Shown here: piece by piece, positions 39,903-51,800 of the stretch
Layout: every line of letters begins with the position of its first letter
Position numbering within the stretch: the first letter of the stretch is position 1
NCBI GenBank assembly: GCA_965215125.1
Contig: OZ244052.1
Span: 224,001 to 288,000, forward strand
Reading direction: 5' to 3'
Length of the DNA: 64,000 nucleotides
Source: an uncultured candidatus Porisulfidus sp.
GTDB taxonomy: Bacteria; Pseudomonadota; Gammaproteobacteria; Poriferisulfidales; Oxydemutatoraceae
Notes under the pieces: model-generated
What the model was told of the DNA's origin: nothing
What the model saw: only the letters and a program-made list of their open reading frames with translations
Databases searched by the model: none
Made by a program: the position numbers and the translations under genes

Positions 39903-41036
39903 ATGTATAAGAGGCTATTTACTCCTCCCAAAAAATCTAGTTTTTTTCTCTTCGGTCCAAGAGGCGTAGGGAAAACTCATTTTATAAGGTCTTTCTACAA
40001 AAAATCCCTCTTTTTTGACCTTCTCCAGTCCTCCCTGTACCAGAGCTTCCTTGCCTCTCCCGAGAGGCTATCGCAACAAATTCCCTCCGACTATACGGGA
40101 TGGGTTGTTATTGACGAGGTTCAGAAAGTTCCGGCTCTTTTAGATGAAGTGCATAGGCTCATAGAAACAAGGAAACTTCTTTTTGTTCTCACCGGCTCAA
40201 GTGCAAGAAAGCTAAAGAGAGAGCGAACCAACCTCCTTGCCGGCAGGGCTTTAAGATGCCTTATGTATCCCCTTAGCGTAGAGGAGTTAAAAGATGACTT
40301 TGACTTAAAAACTTCTCTGGAGTTAGGTCATATACCTAGAGTATTTTCATCGGAAAACCCGAAGGCTTTTCTAAAAAGTTATATTGAAGTCTACTTGAAA
40401 GAGGAAATCCAACAAGAAGGATTAACTCGAAGTCTTCCCGCTTTCAGTCGCTTTTTAGAAAGTGCGAGCTTTGCTCAGGGTTCGCCTCTTGTGATGACTA
40501 ATATAGCGAGAGATTGCCATGTGTCGGCAAAAGTCGTGGAAAATTACTTCTCCATTTTAAGGGATACTCTTTTATCTTATGAACTTCCCATTTTTTCAAA
40601 AAGAGCAAAACGGGCTCTAATGAATAAAAGGAAATTTTATTTTTTTGATGTCGGTGTGTTCAAGGCGATACGACCGCAAGGTGTTTTAGATTCTAGTTCT
40701 TATCTAAATGGAATTGCACTAGAAACTCTCGTTTTGCAGGAAATCTCGGCATACAATGAAATCCACCAATTAGGCTACGAAATTTTCTACTGGAGAACGA
40801 GAAAACATTTAGAAGTGGATTTCATTCTCTATGGAGAGAAGGGGTTTAAGGCCATTGAGGTAAAGTGCCAAGAGAGGATTAACCAAAAGGATTTTAAGGG
40901 ACTACTTGAGTTTAAGAAAGACTATCCTGAAAGCGACCTTCTGTTTCTTTACATCGGTTCAAAAGATTATAGCTATCAAGACATTCAAATTCTTAATGTA
41001 GAAAGGTTCTTAAAGAATTTAAGCACCTTTCTTTAA
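39903..41036 (+). CDS. AAA+ ATPase with DUF4143-like C-terminus
   Basis: GPRGVGKT, IDEVQK, LTGSS, KFYFFDVG, EVDF...IEVK. Confidence 0.85.
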   Translation: MYKRLFTPPKKSSFFLFGPRGVGKTHFIRSFYKKSLFFDLLQSSLYQSFLASPERLSQQIPSDYTGWVVIDEVQKVPALLDEVHRLIETRKLLFVLTGSSARKLKRERTNLLAGRALRCLMYPLSVEELKDDFDLKTSLELGHIPRVFSSENPKAFLKSYIEVYLKEEIQQEGLTRSLPAFSRFLESASFAQGSPLVMTNIARDCHVSAKVVENYFSILRDTLLSYELPIFSKRAKRALMNKRKFYFFDVGVFKAIRPQGVLDSSSYLNGIALETLVLQEISAYNEIHQLGYEIFYWRTRKHLEVDFILYGEKGFKAIEVKCQERINQKDFKGLLEFKKDYPESDLLFLYIGSKDYSYQDIQILNVERFLKNLSTFL

Positions 41037-41083
41037 GGTTGGAAGAGCATGTACCGACACTGTACTTGTACAGATACGCTGCG

Positions 41084-41128
41084 ACCACCCCGTCAGGCTG
41101 CGCCTGCCACCCCTCCGAAGGAGGGGAA
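41084..41128 (-). repeat. Family A palindrome between convergent genes (possible terminator role)
   Basis: accaccccgtcaggctgcgcctgccacccctccgaaggaggggaa directly after the trpC stop. Confidence 0.8.
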
Positions 41129-41131
41129 TAA

Positions 41132-41953
41132 CTATTCCCACGGGTGTTGTTCTCCTAGCAGTTCTTTTAATTTGGCACTTCGGTCGGGAGCGGTCATCAG
41201 GGCTTCGCCTATCAGGTAGGCGTGTATATGGTGTTCGGCGAGTGTTTGTATATCGGCAGGGGTGTTGATGCCGCTCTCGCTAATCACGACTTTGTCTTCG
41301 GGGATTTGTGCCGCAAGCGCAATACTGGTTTCCAGTTTGGTTTCAAAAGTACGAAGGTTGCGGTTGTTGATGCCGATGAGTTCAATGCCGTCAAGTTTTA
41401 GGGCGCGTTCCAGCTCCGCTGCATCGTGTATTTCTACCAACACATCCATATCGAGTTCGCGTGCCTTGCCGTATAGGGCATGTAGCTGTGCGTCTTCGGG
41501 CAGTGCGGAGACAATCAGCAAGATGCAGTCGGCACCGATGGCTCGGCTTTCGTATAGTTGATATTCGTCTATGATGAAGTCTTTTTGCAGGGTTGGTAAC
41601 ATGCAGTGACGGCGCACTAGATCCAGTATGGGGGCCGAACCTTTGAAGAATTTTTTATCGGTGAGTACGGATAAGCAGCTTGCACCTGCCATCATGTAGT
41701 TGCGGGCAATTTCCAGTGGGTTAAAGTCTTCGCATAGCATGCCTTTACTGGGAGACGCACGCTTAATCTCGGCGATGATTGCGGTTTGTTTGTTTGCCAC
41801 GCGTCCCTTTAATGTACGAGCAAAGCCGCGCGGTGCACCTTGCTCTTGTGCGTAGTCCTTGAGTGTGTCTATACTGTGCCGTTCGCGCAGTTCGGCAATT
41901 TCCTGTCTCTTATGTGCGAGTATCTCGGGCAGTATGGATTGTCGCTCAGGCAT
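41132..41953 (-). CDS. trpC: Indole-3-glycerol phosphate synthase
   Basis: IAEIKRASPSKG, SVLTD, GINNRNL, SESGI, LIGEALM. Confidence 0.96.
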   Translation of the reverse strand: MPERQSILPEILAHKRQEIAELRERHSIDTLKDYAQEQGAPRGFARTLKGRVANKQTAIIAEIKRASPSKGMLCEDFNPLEIARNYMMAGASCLSVLTDKKFFKGSAPILDLVRRHCMLPTLQKDFIIDEYQLYESRAIGADCILLIVSALPEDAQLHALYGKARELDMDVLVEIHDAAELERALKLDGIELIGINNRNLRTFETKLETSIALAAQIPEDKVVISESGINTPADIQTLAEHHIHAYLIGEALMTAPDRSAKLKELLGEQHPWE

Positions 41954-42980
41954 CGTTCGCTGCCTCTGCTCGGCTGACTTCGATCAATCCCTGTAGTTTG
42001 TCCGAGGCTTGCCCTGAGCGCATCGTGCGCATCGCCGTCTCGGCACCCTCTTTGACATCGGATGCCAGTTGCGCAATATAAAGTGCCGCACCGACATTCA
42101 TCGCAATCGCCTGTGAGGCGGGTGTATTGCCTTCAAGTGCGGCTTTGAGCATTTGTAAGCTATGTTGCGGCGATCTAGTTTGTATCGCCGATAGCACTAC
42201 GGGACTGTAAGCAAAGTCTTCGGGGGTCAGTGTGTATCGTCGGGTTTTGCCGTCGGTGATTTCTACGATATGTGTCGGTGATGCAGGACTTATTTCGTCC
42301 AAACCGTCCTCCGAATGTACTACCATCACTCGCTTAACATCTAGTGCAACCGCTGCTTGTGCCATCGGTTCAAGCCAAGCGCGGTCAAATACTCCGATTA
42401 CCCGATACGGTGCGCGTGCCGGATTGGTCAGCGGACCTAAAAGATTGAACACGGTACGCACACCGAGCGATTTGCGGATGCCGACAACATGGCGCATCGC
42501 CGGGTGAAAGTTAGGGGCAAACAAAAAACCTATGCCGACTTTTTCTATACACGCACGCACCGCATCGGTGGATAAATCAATGCGTACTCCTGCCAATTCC
42601 AGACAATCGGCACTACCGCAATGGCTTGAAACCGAACGGTTGCCGTGCTTGGCTACAACCGCGCCGGCGGCTGCGGCAACCAATGCCGAACCGGTGGAGA
42701 CATTAAAAGTCGTAGCACCGTCGCCGCCGGTACCGCAAGTATCCAGTAGGTGGTCGGCTTGGATGTCCAGTGTTATCGCAAAGTCAAGCATCGTTCGGGC
42801 GGCGATCGTCAGTTCCTCTATCGACTCGCCCTTGGCGCGCAGCGCAACCAGCAAAGCACCGGCTTGAACGGCATCCATCTCTCCGCGCATCAATGTCTCC
42901 ATCACACCTCTCATTTCTTCCGGCGATAGGCTACAACCGCCGACAAGTTTATCTATCAGCTTGTTAAATTGCATCTTCAA
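41946..42980 (-). CDS. trpD: Anthranilate phosphoribosyltransferase
   Basis: [37 protein letters not shown]. Confidence 0.96.
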   Translation of the reverse strand: MKMQFNKLIDKLVGGCSLSPEEMRGVMETLMRGEMDAVQAGALLVALRAKGESIEELTIAARTMLDFAITLDIQADHLLDTCGTGGDGATTFNVSTGSALVAAAAGAVVAKHGNRSVSSHCGSADCLELAGVRIDLSTDAVRACIEKVGIGFLFAPNFHPAMRHVVGIRKSLGVRTVFNLLGPLTNPARAPYRVIGVFDRAWLEPMAQAAVALDVKRVMVVHSEDGLDEISPASPTHIVEITDGKTRRYTLTPEDFAYSPVVLSAIQTRSPQHSLQMLKAALEGNTPASQAIAMNVGAALYIAQLASDVKEGAETAMRTMRSGQASDKLQGLIEVSRAEAANDA

Positions 42981-43548
42981 GAAAGTTTTTCAGTAATTTG
43001 TGACCGTATTCGGTCAATATAGATTCCGGATGAAACTGCACACCCACCGTCGGATAACTACGATGGCGTATCCCCATAATCTCTTCTCGTTGATGATCGT
43101 CTAATTCGGTCCACGCAGTCATCTCCAAACATTCGGGCAAAGACTCCGCTTCAATCACCAACGAGTGATATCGGGTTGCCTGAAAAGGGCTGTCTATACC
43201 GGTGAACAGACCTATTCCGGTATGATGAATCTCCGAAGTTTTACCGTGCATGATACGCTTCGCATGGCTTATGGTGCCACCGAAAGCCTGACCGATCGCC
43301 TGATGACCTAAACAGACCCCGAGTATAGGAATGTGTTCTGCAAAATGTTCTATCACCGCAAGCGATATACCTGCGGAGTCGGGCGTGCCGGGTCCGGGAG
43401 AGATTAAAATCCGCTGCGGCTTGATGTCGTCGATCGCATCGGTGTCTATGCTATCGTTGCGCACAACCCTAGTCTCCACACCCAGTTCCCCTAGATACTG
43501 CACCAAGTTATAAGTGAAGGAATCGTAATTGTCTATAACCAGTATCAT
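42964..43548 (-). CDS. trpG: Anthranilate synthase component II (glutamine amidotransferase)
   Basis: [29 protein letters not shown]. Confidence 0.93.
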   Translation of the reverse strand: MILVIDNYDSFTYNLVQYLGELGVETRVVRNDSIDTDAIDDIKPQRILISPGPGTPDSAGISLAVIEHFAEHIPILGVCLGHQAIGQAFGGTISHAKRIMHGKTSEIHHTGIGLFTGIDSPFQATRYHSLVIEAESLPECLEMTAWTELDDHQREEIMGIRHRSYPTVGVQFHPESILTEYGHKLLKNFLEDAI

Positions 43549-43561
43549 CTCTCAACTATCC

Positions 43562-45034
43562 TCAAACAAAATCTTTTGCCGTTTGTGCGGCAGCGAATAA
43601 TACATTCGCTTTGTTCATCGTCTCCATCCATTCTTTATCGGGTTCGGAATCGTAGACCAAACCGGCACCCGTCTGCACGAATAATGTCTGCTCCTTGATG
43701 ACCGCAGTGCGTATCGCAATCGCAGTATCCATAATGCCGTTCCAACCTATATAACCGACCGCCCCCGAATAGATATTGCGCTTGATCGGTTCCAGTTCGG
43801 CAATGATCTCCATCGCCCGCACTTTGGGCGCACCCGAGACGGTGCCGGCGGGGAAAGTTGCCCGCAATACTTCTATGGCACCGATATCTTGCTTCGCTGT
43901 GCCGACGACATTGGAGACGATGTGCATAACATGCGAGTAGCGTTCTATCAACATCTGCTCGGTTACCTTCACACTCCCCGCCCTCGATACGCGCCCGATG
44001 TCGTTGCGCCCTAGGTCTATCAACATCAGATGTTCGGCAAGCTCTTTGGTATCCGATAACAATTCTTTTTCCAACCGCAAGTCTTCGGCATCGGTCTCGC
44101 CTCGGCGACGGGTGCCGGCAATCGGTCTCACGGTGAGGCAGTCGGCCTCTTTGCGCACTAAAATCTCCGGCGAAGAACCCGCTATTTTGAAATCATCAAA
44201 ATCAAAATAAAACATATAGGGCGAAGGGTTCAACCTTCTTAACGCACGATACAGATTGAACGCATCGCATTCAAAAGGTGCTTGCATGCGCTGTGATAAA
44301 ACGATTTGCATCGCCTCGCCGTCAATAATATAACGGCGACATTGTTCTACGGCATCCATATAGGCACTTCGCTCGAAACCGAAAGCGAAGCTATCTTTAT
44401 CCGGCACCTTAATCGTTGTGGACGGCGGATGTTTAAGCGGTTCATGCAACCGAGTCTCTAATTGTGCCAAAGCATCTACCGCGTGTTGATAGCCGTCGGT
44501 CTTCGACGCATCGGCATAGACTATCAACGACAATGTGCCTCTTAAGTTATCAATCACTGCAATCTGCATAGACACCAATAGCAATATGTCGGGCGTGCCG
44601 AGTTCATCGGTCTTGTTGTTATGCCCTAACTTGGGCTCTATATAGCACACCGTTTCATAACCGAAATAACCGACCAAGCCGCCGCAAAAACGCGGCAACG
44701 ACTCTACCTTTGCAATTTTGAAACTAGCGAGATAATCGTCTATCCACGCCAACGGATCGGACACCGTTTGTTGGGAACTCAGGCACCCGTCCTCGTATAA
44801 ACTGACGGTGAAATCGTTCACGCAAATATAATTATTACAGCTGGTTCCGATGATTGAATACCGCCCCCAATAGCGACCTTCGCTTGCAGACTCAAGCAAA
44901 TAACTATTGGGGTCGTTTGCCAGCTTTAGATAAACACCGACCGGAGTGTCCAAGTCCGTGGGCAGTTCTCGCAGCAAAGGAATATGAGTGTAACCTTGTG
45001 CTGCCAGCTGCTCGTATTCGCTACGGCTAATCAT
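43562..45034 (-). CDS. trpE: Anthranilate synthase component I
   Basis: [40 protein letters not shown]. Confidence 0.96.
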   Translation of the reverse strand: MISRSEYEQLAAQGYTHIPLLRELPTDLDTPVGVYLKLANDPNSYLLESASEGRYWGRYSIIGTSCNNYICVNDFTVSLYEDGCLSSQQTVSDPLAWIDDYLASFKIAKVESLPRFCGGLVGYFGYETVCYIEPKLGHNNKTDELGTPDILLLVSMQIAVIDNLRGTLSLIVYADASKTDGYQHAVDALAQLETRLHEPLKHPPSTTIKVPDKDSFAFGFERSAYMDAVEQCRRYIIDGEAMQIVLSQRMQAPFECDAFNLYRALRRLNPSPYMFYFDFDDFKIAGSSPEILVRKEADCLTVRPIAGTRRRGETDAEDLRLEKELLSDTKELAEHLMLIDLGRNDIGRVSRAGSVKVTEQMLIERYSHVMHIVSNVVGTAKQDIGAIEVLRATFPAGTVSGAPKVRAMEIIAELEPIKRNIYSGAVGYIGWNGIMDTAIAIRTAVIKEQTLFVQTGAGLVYDSEPDKEWMETMNKANVLFAAAQTAKDFV

Positions 45035-45708
45035 TGCATTTTATCGGCGTTGTTTATGCGGTCGCGCATCTCGGCAATCGTGCGCCGGTAATCGTCGCTA
45101 CCGAATATCGCAGAACCGGCAACAAAGGTGTCGGCACCCGCAGCCTTCACTTCGGCAATGTTCCCTGTTTTAATGCCACCGTCCACCTCCAGCCGTATTG
45201 ATGTTGCGTGCCGATCCAGAAGTTCACGAGTTTGCCTGACCTTGTCTAAAGTCGAAGGAATGAATTGCTGGGCGGCTCGCCCCGGCACGACCGACATCAG
45301 TAGAACCATATCCACCCGATCAATGACTCGCTCCAGCCCGTCTATCGAAATATCGGGACTGAACACCAACCCGCTCTTGCAACCCTGCTCTCGAATCAAC
45401 TGCAAACTCCGCTCGCTATCCTCACTCGCTTCACCGTGAAAACTGATGTAATCGGCACCCGCTTCGGCAAAATCCACGATAAGCCGATCCACCGGCTGCA
45501 CCATCAAATGCACATCAATCGGCGCGGTAATACCGTAATCACGCAATGACTTACAAACCATCGGTCCGAAAGTTAGATTAGGCACATAGTGGTTGTCCAT
45601 CACATCAAAGTGAATCATATCGGCACCCGCCTCAAGCACCGCGACAACATCCGCGCCCAATCGCGCAAAATCGGCGGATAGTATGGATGGACAAATTAAA
45701 TCCTTCAT
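45031..45708 (-). CDS. rpe: Ribulose-phosphate 3-epimerase
   Basis: [38 protein letters not shown]. Confidence 0.96.
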   Translation of the reverse strand: MKDLICPSILSADFARLGADVVAVLEAGADMIHFDVMDNHYVPNLTFGPMVCKSLRDYGITAPIDVHLMVQPVDRLIVDFAEAGADYISFHGEASEDSERSLQLIREQGCKSGLVFSPDISIDGLERVIDRVDMVLLMSVVPGRAAQQFIPSTLDKVRQTRELLDRHATSIRLEVDGGIKTGNIAEVKAAGADTFVAGSAIFGSDDYRRTIAEMRDRINNADKMQ

Positions 45709-45802
45709 TTGCTTTAACTATTTTTACTAGATACCTCTGAGAGAAACCGGTGAGGTTGCTATTATGACATATCGGAGGCAAACATCACTAGGTGGCGCAC
45801 CA

Positions 45803-45936
45803 TTCCCTTCCTTCGGAGGGGTGGCCTATGCATTTTGCAATGCACGCGTTTAGCAGTCATGTTGAGGTTCTGAACAAAGTCACGCCGATTGACCTACCGG
45901 TTCAATCGGCGGTTCTATTCAGCCTGACGGGGTGGT
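45803..45936 (+). repeat. Composite A+B repeat upstream of the first rpn gene
   Basis: Near-identical to 19446-19580; inverted relative to 60441-60574. Confidence 0.85.
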
Positions 45937-46151
45937 CGCGTCTTATCTGCACCACCGCAACTACTCGCGCCACTGATTACGCAAACCACCATTCCCCTCT
46001 AGAGAAGAAAAATAATCCGCTCCAAGACACACTATTTCCCAACACCTCATACCATTTATCGGATATTTACTACTGTTAATCCAGTTGTCTCCAGACACTC
46101 CAAATATTCGCCCAAACTATGGGTTTTTAACTAAAACTTAACGGAGATCTC

Positions 46152-47132
46152 ATGGCTAAAAAAACTCAACTTAAATACTTAGAACTAACAAAAGACATTG
46201 TCTTCAAACGATACTTTACCAGCAACAAACGATTACTGCTCTCGCTCATTAAGAGCTTCTTGCCGATCTCCGACAATGTCTCGGATGTCGTCGTCCTAAA
46301 CACCCCAAAAAACAAAACTGCTGCCAACGCTGCAAAAGCAGCCGAACAACAGCAACAGAAATCAGGTGATAAACTACGGTTCAAAGATACCTCCATCCCA
46401 CCACACAAACCACACGGCAAACAAGTCGTCCTCGATCTCAGTGTCAAATTAAGTGGCGGAGAAAATGTCCACATAGAAATGCAAGTCGCTTTCAAAGAAA
46501 ACTTCCTACTGAGAATGCTCACTTATTGGGCTATGCTGCTTACTCAAGACCTAGACCGTGGCGATGACTATTCAGCCCTCAACCCGACCTACTCGTTGGG
46601 ATTTACCCGGTTCACGGTATTCAAGGGAAAGCAAAACTTTATCAGTGGCATAGGATTTGCCGACCGTGAAGAGCTAGAATACCATTTTAATATCGGTGCG
46701 AAGATTGTCATAGTGGAATTGAATAAGTTCAAGAAGAGCTACCGCAACCTTGTTGATATGAAGGATAGGTGGTGCTATATTATTAAGCACTCGGCGGAAT
46801 TGACCCTCGAGCAAGTAGCGTATTTATCACAAGACGGAGAGACGAAGATGGCATTAGAACATTTAGAGGAAATATCAAAAGACGAGGAATTAGACTGGGA
46901 GACTATGGATCGCAGGAAGTATGAGATAGGGATTCAGTTGGAAAGGCGCGGTGCGTTAAAGAGAGGTTTGGCAAAAGGTCGGATCGAAGGCCTGGAGGAA
47001 GGACGAGTTCAAGGCCTGGAGGCAGGGCAACGAGAAATCGCTTTGAATATGTTGCAAAAGGATCTGGAGGTTTCGCTAATTTCCGAAGTCACAGGTTTAT
47101 CTGTCATCAAGATCGAACAGCTAAAAAGATAG
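46152..47132 (+). CDS. Rpn-family PD-(D/E)XK nuclease (putative transposase family)
   Basis: DIVFKRYF, LDL...HIEMQ, C-terminal EGLEEG repeats and EIALNML...ISEVTGLS. Confidence 0.85.
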   Translation: MAKKTQLKYLELTKDIVFKRYFTSNKRLLLSLIKSFLPISDNVSDVVVLNTPKNKTAANAAKAAEQQQQKSGDKLRFKDTSIPPHKPHGKQVVLDLSVKLSGGENVHIEMQVAFKENFLLRMLTYWAMLLTQDLDRGDDYSALNPTYSLGFTRFTVFKGKQNFISGIGFADREELEYHFNIGAKIVIVELNKFKKSYRNLVDMKDRWCYIIKHSAELTLEQVAYLSQDGETKMALEHLEEISKDEELDWETMDRRKYEIGIQLERRGALKRGLAKGRIEGLEEGRVQGLEAGQREIALNMLQKDLEVSLISEVTGLSVIKIEQLKR

Positions 47133-47184
47133 ACCGCCGTTTGTTGCGATGGCACAAACGGCGTGACGTTATGCAGAACCTTAG
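47130..47184 (+). repeat. Variant family B hairpin element starting at the rpn stop codon
   Basis: tagaccgccgtttgt...acaaacggcgtgacgttatgcagaaccttag. Confidence 0.7.
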
Positions 47185-47379
47185 CGTGGGAATGTAGGTC
47201 GGACAAGCTAAGGCTTGTCCTCACGGATGCAGAGCAGTGAAATTGTGCAAATCCGTACTATGCATGATACGGTGATTGTTTAATTTTCGATCTTTTCACA
47301 AGACAAATGACCGCCGATTGAGCCGGTAGGTCAATCGCCGATTCTACCTTCAGTAGCCCTACCTAATTCCGCAATAAAA

Positions 47380-47470
47380 ATCGGCGTATGGGTTATAACA
47401 GGTTCCGTCCGCATGGTGCATTGGGGTATTAAATCCCCGATGCATCTTTGGCGGCGGCAGTAGAAAACCC
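47380..47470 (+). pseudogene. IS3 orfB 3'-end remnant
   Basis: ttataacaggttccgtccgcatggtgcattggggta resembles 12285-12325. Confidence 0.55.
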
Positions 47471-47510
47471 CACTTCGGGTGTATCACCAAAACAAGATAA
47501 AATCAGTACT

Positions 47511-47774
47511 ATGGCACAACATATTTCAATCATAAATTCAAAGCGCAAAAGCCTGCAAAAAATCGCAAAAAGTTTTTTTGAAAAAACCTCACGAGGGATT
47601 GAGGCAATTTCCGGGTCACTGAAATTTGAAGAGTTACCATACAAAAAATATAAGATAACTTTTCATGACAGAGTTTTTTTAACCGAACGAAATATGAACG
47701 GGAAAAAAGAAAAATTTGAACTACACTACGATACGGAAGCTGAAAAAATATTAGATGTATTTCTTGTGAAATAA
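47511..47774 (+). CDS. Hypothetical protein
   Basis: AT-rich 87-aa ORF from ATG 47511; no motif recognised. Confidence 0.45.
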   Translation: MAQHISIINSKRKSLQKIAKSFFEKTSRGIEAISGSLKFEELPYKKYKITFHDRVFLTERNMNGKKEKFELHYDTEAEKILDVFLVK

Positions 47775-47779
47775 ATCTT

Positions 47780-47905
47780 TAACTTGCCCCATTTTCAGAA
47801 CTAGAACTTAAATGAGATCTTTATTATGAGTCACTTCCACGACCGATTCTGAAAACCTTAAATGAGTTAGATTTCCAAGATCGCGCTCCAATGTCGGCTG
47901 GTTTT
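47780..47905. mobile_element. Relic of an IS3 end homologous to 7637-7765
   Basis: Shares ccccattttcag...aacttaaatgagatct.tattat.agtcac...tagatttccaag.tcgc..tccaat with the IS in the array. Confidence 0.65.
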
Positions 47906-47993
47906 CCGGTAGTTAGCGTGAGATCATATAGACTTTCGGCATTTGCTTTTGCAGTCTGATATAATGCCTCTTAAGCAACCCCATCTAGCTAAA

Positions 47994-48377
47994 ATGAAAT
48001 TGTCGATTCAAATTATTCTAGTAATTGGTGTAGTTATAATAGCTACAGCATTAGTAGTAATAATATGGTTCTTTTCTTTCGTTTGGGAAAACAATTATGG
48101 TGAAAGGACGATTTTAATTGATTCTATATCCGCTCAGTTGACTATATTTGAGATATTAGTTGCATTCGCAGGTATTGGAGCGGCAATATTGGGATTTTTC
48201 GGATATCAAAACCTCAAAAAGGCTATAACAAGCGAAGTTATAGAATCTATCAACGATATTGTTAGTACAAGGGTGAACTCAATATTAAACGAAAAGGATT
48301 ATGACTCAACCAGCCATAAAACTGATACCTCCACAATAGAAACATCTTCAAAGGATAAATCTCAAGAAAATGTCTGA
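47994..48377 (+). CDS. Hypothetical membrane protein (2 TM)
   Basis: Two hydrophobic helices; overlaps the next gene by 8 nt. Confidence 0.6.
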   Translation: MKLSIQIILVIGVVIIATALVVIIWFFSFVWENNYGERTILIDSISAQLTIFEILVAFAGIGAAILGFFGYQNLKKAITSEVIESINDIVSTRVNSILNEKDYDSTSHKTDTSTIETSSKDKSQENV

Positions 48378-48858
48378 AATAACTAAAAATAGAGAGTTGG
48401 TATTGAATATCATAGATGAGAAAACCAAACCGCCGGTTTTAGTGGTGCCTATTGCCGATAGACTGGGAATAGAAGTCTACAATGTACGAGGATGGAGCGA
48501 TAAGTTATCAGGGATGATAAGAAGAGATACAGAGGATGGCGGGAAAAGTGGTTATGCTATCTATGTAAATGCCAGACATGCTGAAACAAGACGACGGTTC
48601 ACCATTGCTCATGAAATAGCTCATTATGTATTACACAAAAATCTGATACGGGACGGAATAGTGGACGATACTCTATATCGTAGTGGATTGAGCAACCTTA
48701 TTGAAACGGAAGCCAACAGATTCGCCGCAGAGATTTTAATGCCTACACATTTGATTAGAGCAGCAATTAGAAAAGAATCCTCTATATCAAAATTAGCCGA
48801 GCAGTTTAAGGTGTCAAGCGAGGCAATGGCTATTCGGTTGCAAGTGCCTGAGAAGTAG
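48370..48858 (+). CDS. ImmA/IrrE-family metallo-endopeptidase
   Basis: RRRFTIAHEIAH (HExxH), ETEANRFAAEILMP, LAEQFKVS.EAM.IRL. Confidence 0.9.
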   Translation: MSEITKNRELVLNIIDEKTKPPVLVVPIADRLGIEVYNVRGWSDKLSGMIRRDTEDGGKSGYAIYVNARHAETRRRFTIAHEIAHYVLHKNLIRDGIVDDTLYRSGLSNLIETEANRFAAEILMPTHLIRAAIRKESSISKLAEQFKVSSEAMAIRLQVPEK

Positions 48859-48869
48859 CCTTAAGAAAG

Positions 48870-51800
48870 TTATTGTTGGGCTACAAGTTCCATTAGTTTA
48901 TCAAAGCTGTTAACCGTATCGTACTTTATTTTATCCGGGTCTATTTTTTCATTAAGGGCTTCAAAAAATTTTCTGGCACATTTAATTTTTTCCTTTTCAA
49001 TTTCTCTCAGTTGCATAGATGACATAGAGCCTTTTATCTCGGCAACAAAATAGATGTGCTTGACGGAATTTTTATAAAAGCAGATAGCCCAATCCGGGTT
49101 ATAGCTTCCTACAGGCGTGGGAATATAAAATCCTCTCGGTAATTTCGCATATACTTCAATCTGTTTGGCGCGTTCAAGGTTGTCTACAAACTCCCGTTCT
49201 ACATTAGAATCAGTGGCAACATAATCGTAAATGTGTTTTTTTAATTTTTTCTCTGTTTTGCTAAAGAATTGGTGGCTTTCGGCATCCGTAAATATCTCTG
49301 TTGTATAGGTTTCGGCAATCGGATTATAAGTTAAATGCTCAATCATCATCGTTGCTTTTTGTTCGTTTATCAAGGTGATGAATTTTGAAATAAATGCCTC
49401 CGGATTTTTTTTGAATTGTGCAAAGGTTTCTTCTTTAATTTTTGTGAGAATGCTCGCTACCGTCTTTCTCTTAAGACCCGTCCCTTCGGTTATTTTGCCG
49501 ATTAAGTCATATTTTACTTCGGGATGAATAGTTTGGGTTTCGGTTTCATAACGTATTTCCGTCTTGTCAAAAATCCGACCCGCCAACACTTCTTCATCTT
49601 CAAGGTTGTCTCTCTGTTCCCCGGTTGTTTTGGCATATTGAAGAGTAGGCACCGTGAATTCTTTCTCTTCCAACTTATTTAATACTTTTTCTATCAATTC
49701 GGAACTGTCAAACTTCACACCATATAGAGCTTTTTTATTGATACGCTTCCATAATTCTTTGAATGCTTTTGTCTTGAAGTTGTCATTTAAGATATTCTCT
49801 TTTTTGTCTCTATCATTTTCGGCGCCCGGTATATTTTTATCGGAAACCACGCCGGCAATGAGTTCTAATATCTGCTTTTCATATTTTTTGAGTGACTCCG
49901 GCACTTCCGCTAGGCGATCATTTTCCAAGTCCTCAAAATACTTATCCGTAATATGATCGTTATCATCTACATAGTCATTTTTTATTAAGTATCTCCTATG
50001 AATCTCTGTTGCCATCTGATCCTTTATTTCGATATCTTCCTCGCCTTCGCCGGTTTTTATTAATTTACCTCTAAAATAACTTTCGTTGGCTTTTCTAGGT
50101 CTGCCCGAAAGCGCATCTTTGATTTCACTTTGCAATGCGGAGACAAAATCCTCATAACTCTCGTTTGCGATAACGGTTAGGATATTGATTTCGTGCACGG
50201 TATGCTTATCATCTTGTCTTTCTCCTCGTTGATTAACGGCAATACGAAGACCGCGTCCTACTTCCTGTCTTCTCGGGATGGCATTATCACCGCCGCCATA
50301 CTTTAAGGGGCAAATGACAAAAACATTCGGATTATCCCAGCCTTCCCTTAAAGCCGAGTGAGAAAAAATAAAGCGAGTCGGCTCTTCAAAGGAAAGTAAC
50401 CTTTCCTTGTCTTTTAGGATCAGGTCATAGGCGTTTGTATCATCACTTTCATCATTGGTTCTCCCAGTAGCCGGATCAACTAGTTTTTTTGTCTTTTTAT
50501 CTACAGCAAAATATCCGTTATGCGTTTTAGAGGTTTCTATTGTTTCAAGATAATGTTTATAGCTTTTATCGGCTTTCTTTTTTACTTCCTTAAGATGAGT
50601 GATATATTCCTCTTCAAAAATCTTAGCGTATTCGCCATTCTCTTTTTCCCCGGTATCCGAGTATTTTCGGTAATTTGAAACCTTATCTATAAAAAACAAA
50701 GTTAAAACTTTGATGCCCTTATGAAATAATTGTTTTTCTTTGTCAAAATGCGCCTGAATAGCTTCTCGTATTTGGATTCTTCTAATAGATAATTCGTTAA
50801 TATTTCCTTGAACCTCGCCTACTTCAATTTTTATCCCGTTTGTAAAACTTACTTCCTTAACTTTGTTAGTTCTTGCATCAATTTCGGAGACAACGAAATC
50901 CTTATATTGATCCAACTTGGAAATATCATGTAGATTGTCTCCTTTTTTTATTTTCCTCATGATCTTTTTAATGCCACTTTTTTGCTTTATCTCAATTTCC
51001 ATTCTTGCGACAGGTGCGGAGGTTGAAATCTCTATAGACCGTAAATAGAGGTAGGCGTTGGTTCCGGAAAGCCCTATTTCTTTAATCCCTCTGACCGATA
51101 TTTTTTTGACAAGTTTTTCCTTATAGGCATCAATGGCATCTAAACGGTGAACCTTGTTATGATTTGTCTTGTGTGTTGCCGAATACCGCAAAATCATTAA
51201 GGGATCAAAATTTTTCAGAGACTCAAGTGTTGTTTTACCCTCCATTTTCTGGGGTTCATCCAATATAAGAATGGGTTTATTTACCTTTATAACATCAATA
51301 GGTTTTCTACTTTGGAAGTCATCCAATTCTTCATAAATTCTTCTATTGTCTCTCCCTGTAGAATTGAAGGCTTGTATGTTGATTACCATGATGTTTATAC
51401 CGGCATCGGATGAAAAATTTTCTAATTCATGAAGTTGCCTTGAGTTATAAATAAAGGACTTGGCTTTTTTGCCATAAGATTCTAGAAAATGTTCTGCGGT
51501 GATTTGTAACGATTTATATACCCCTTCTCTTATTGCAATGCTCGGGACGACGATAATAAATTTAGACCAGCCGTATCTTTTATTCATCTCAAAAATCGTT
51601 TTTATGTAGCAATAGGTTTTCCCTGTTCCGGTTTCCATTTCAATGTCTAGGTTGAACGGCGAAATGTTACTTTCCACCAAAGATTTATCAACAGCTAAGT
51701 TTTGCGAATGTTGGATTTTCTTAATGTTCCGAAGGACCTGCTCTTTTGGTAACTTTATGTCTTTATTCCTGAATCCTGTATGTTCAAGGCGGAGGTCGGT

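Noticed and set aside
41575-41600. TrpC LQKDF instead of the usual LRKDF
   Set aside because: The catalytic Lys is retained; a single substitution with no further signal.
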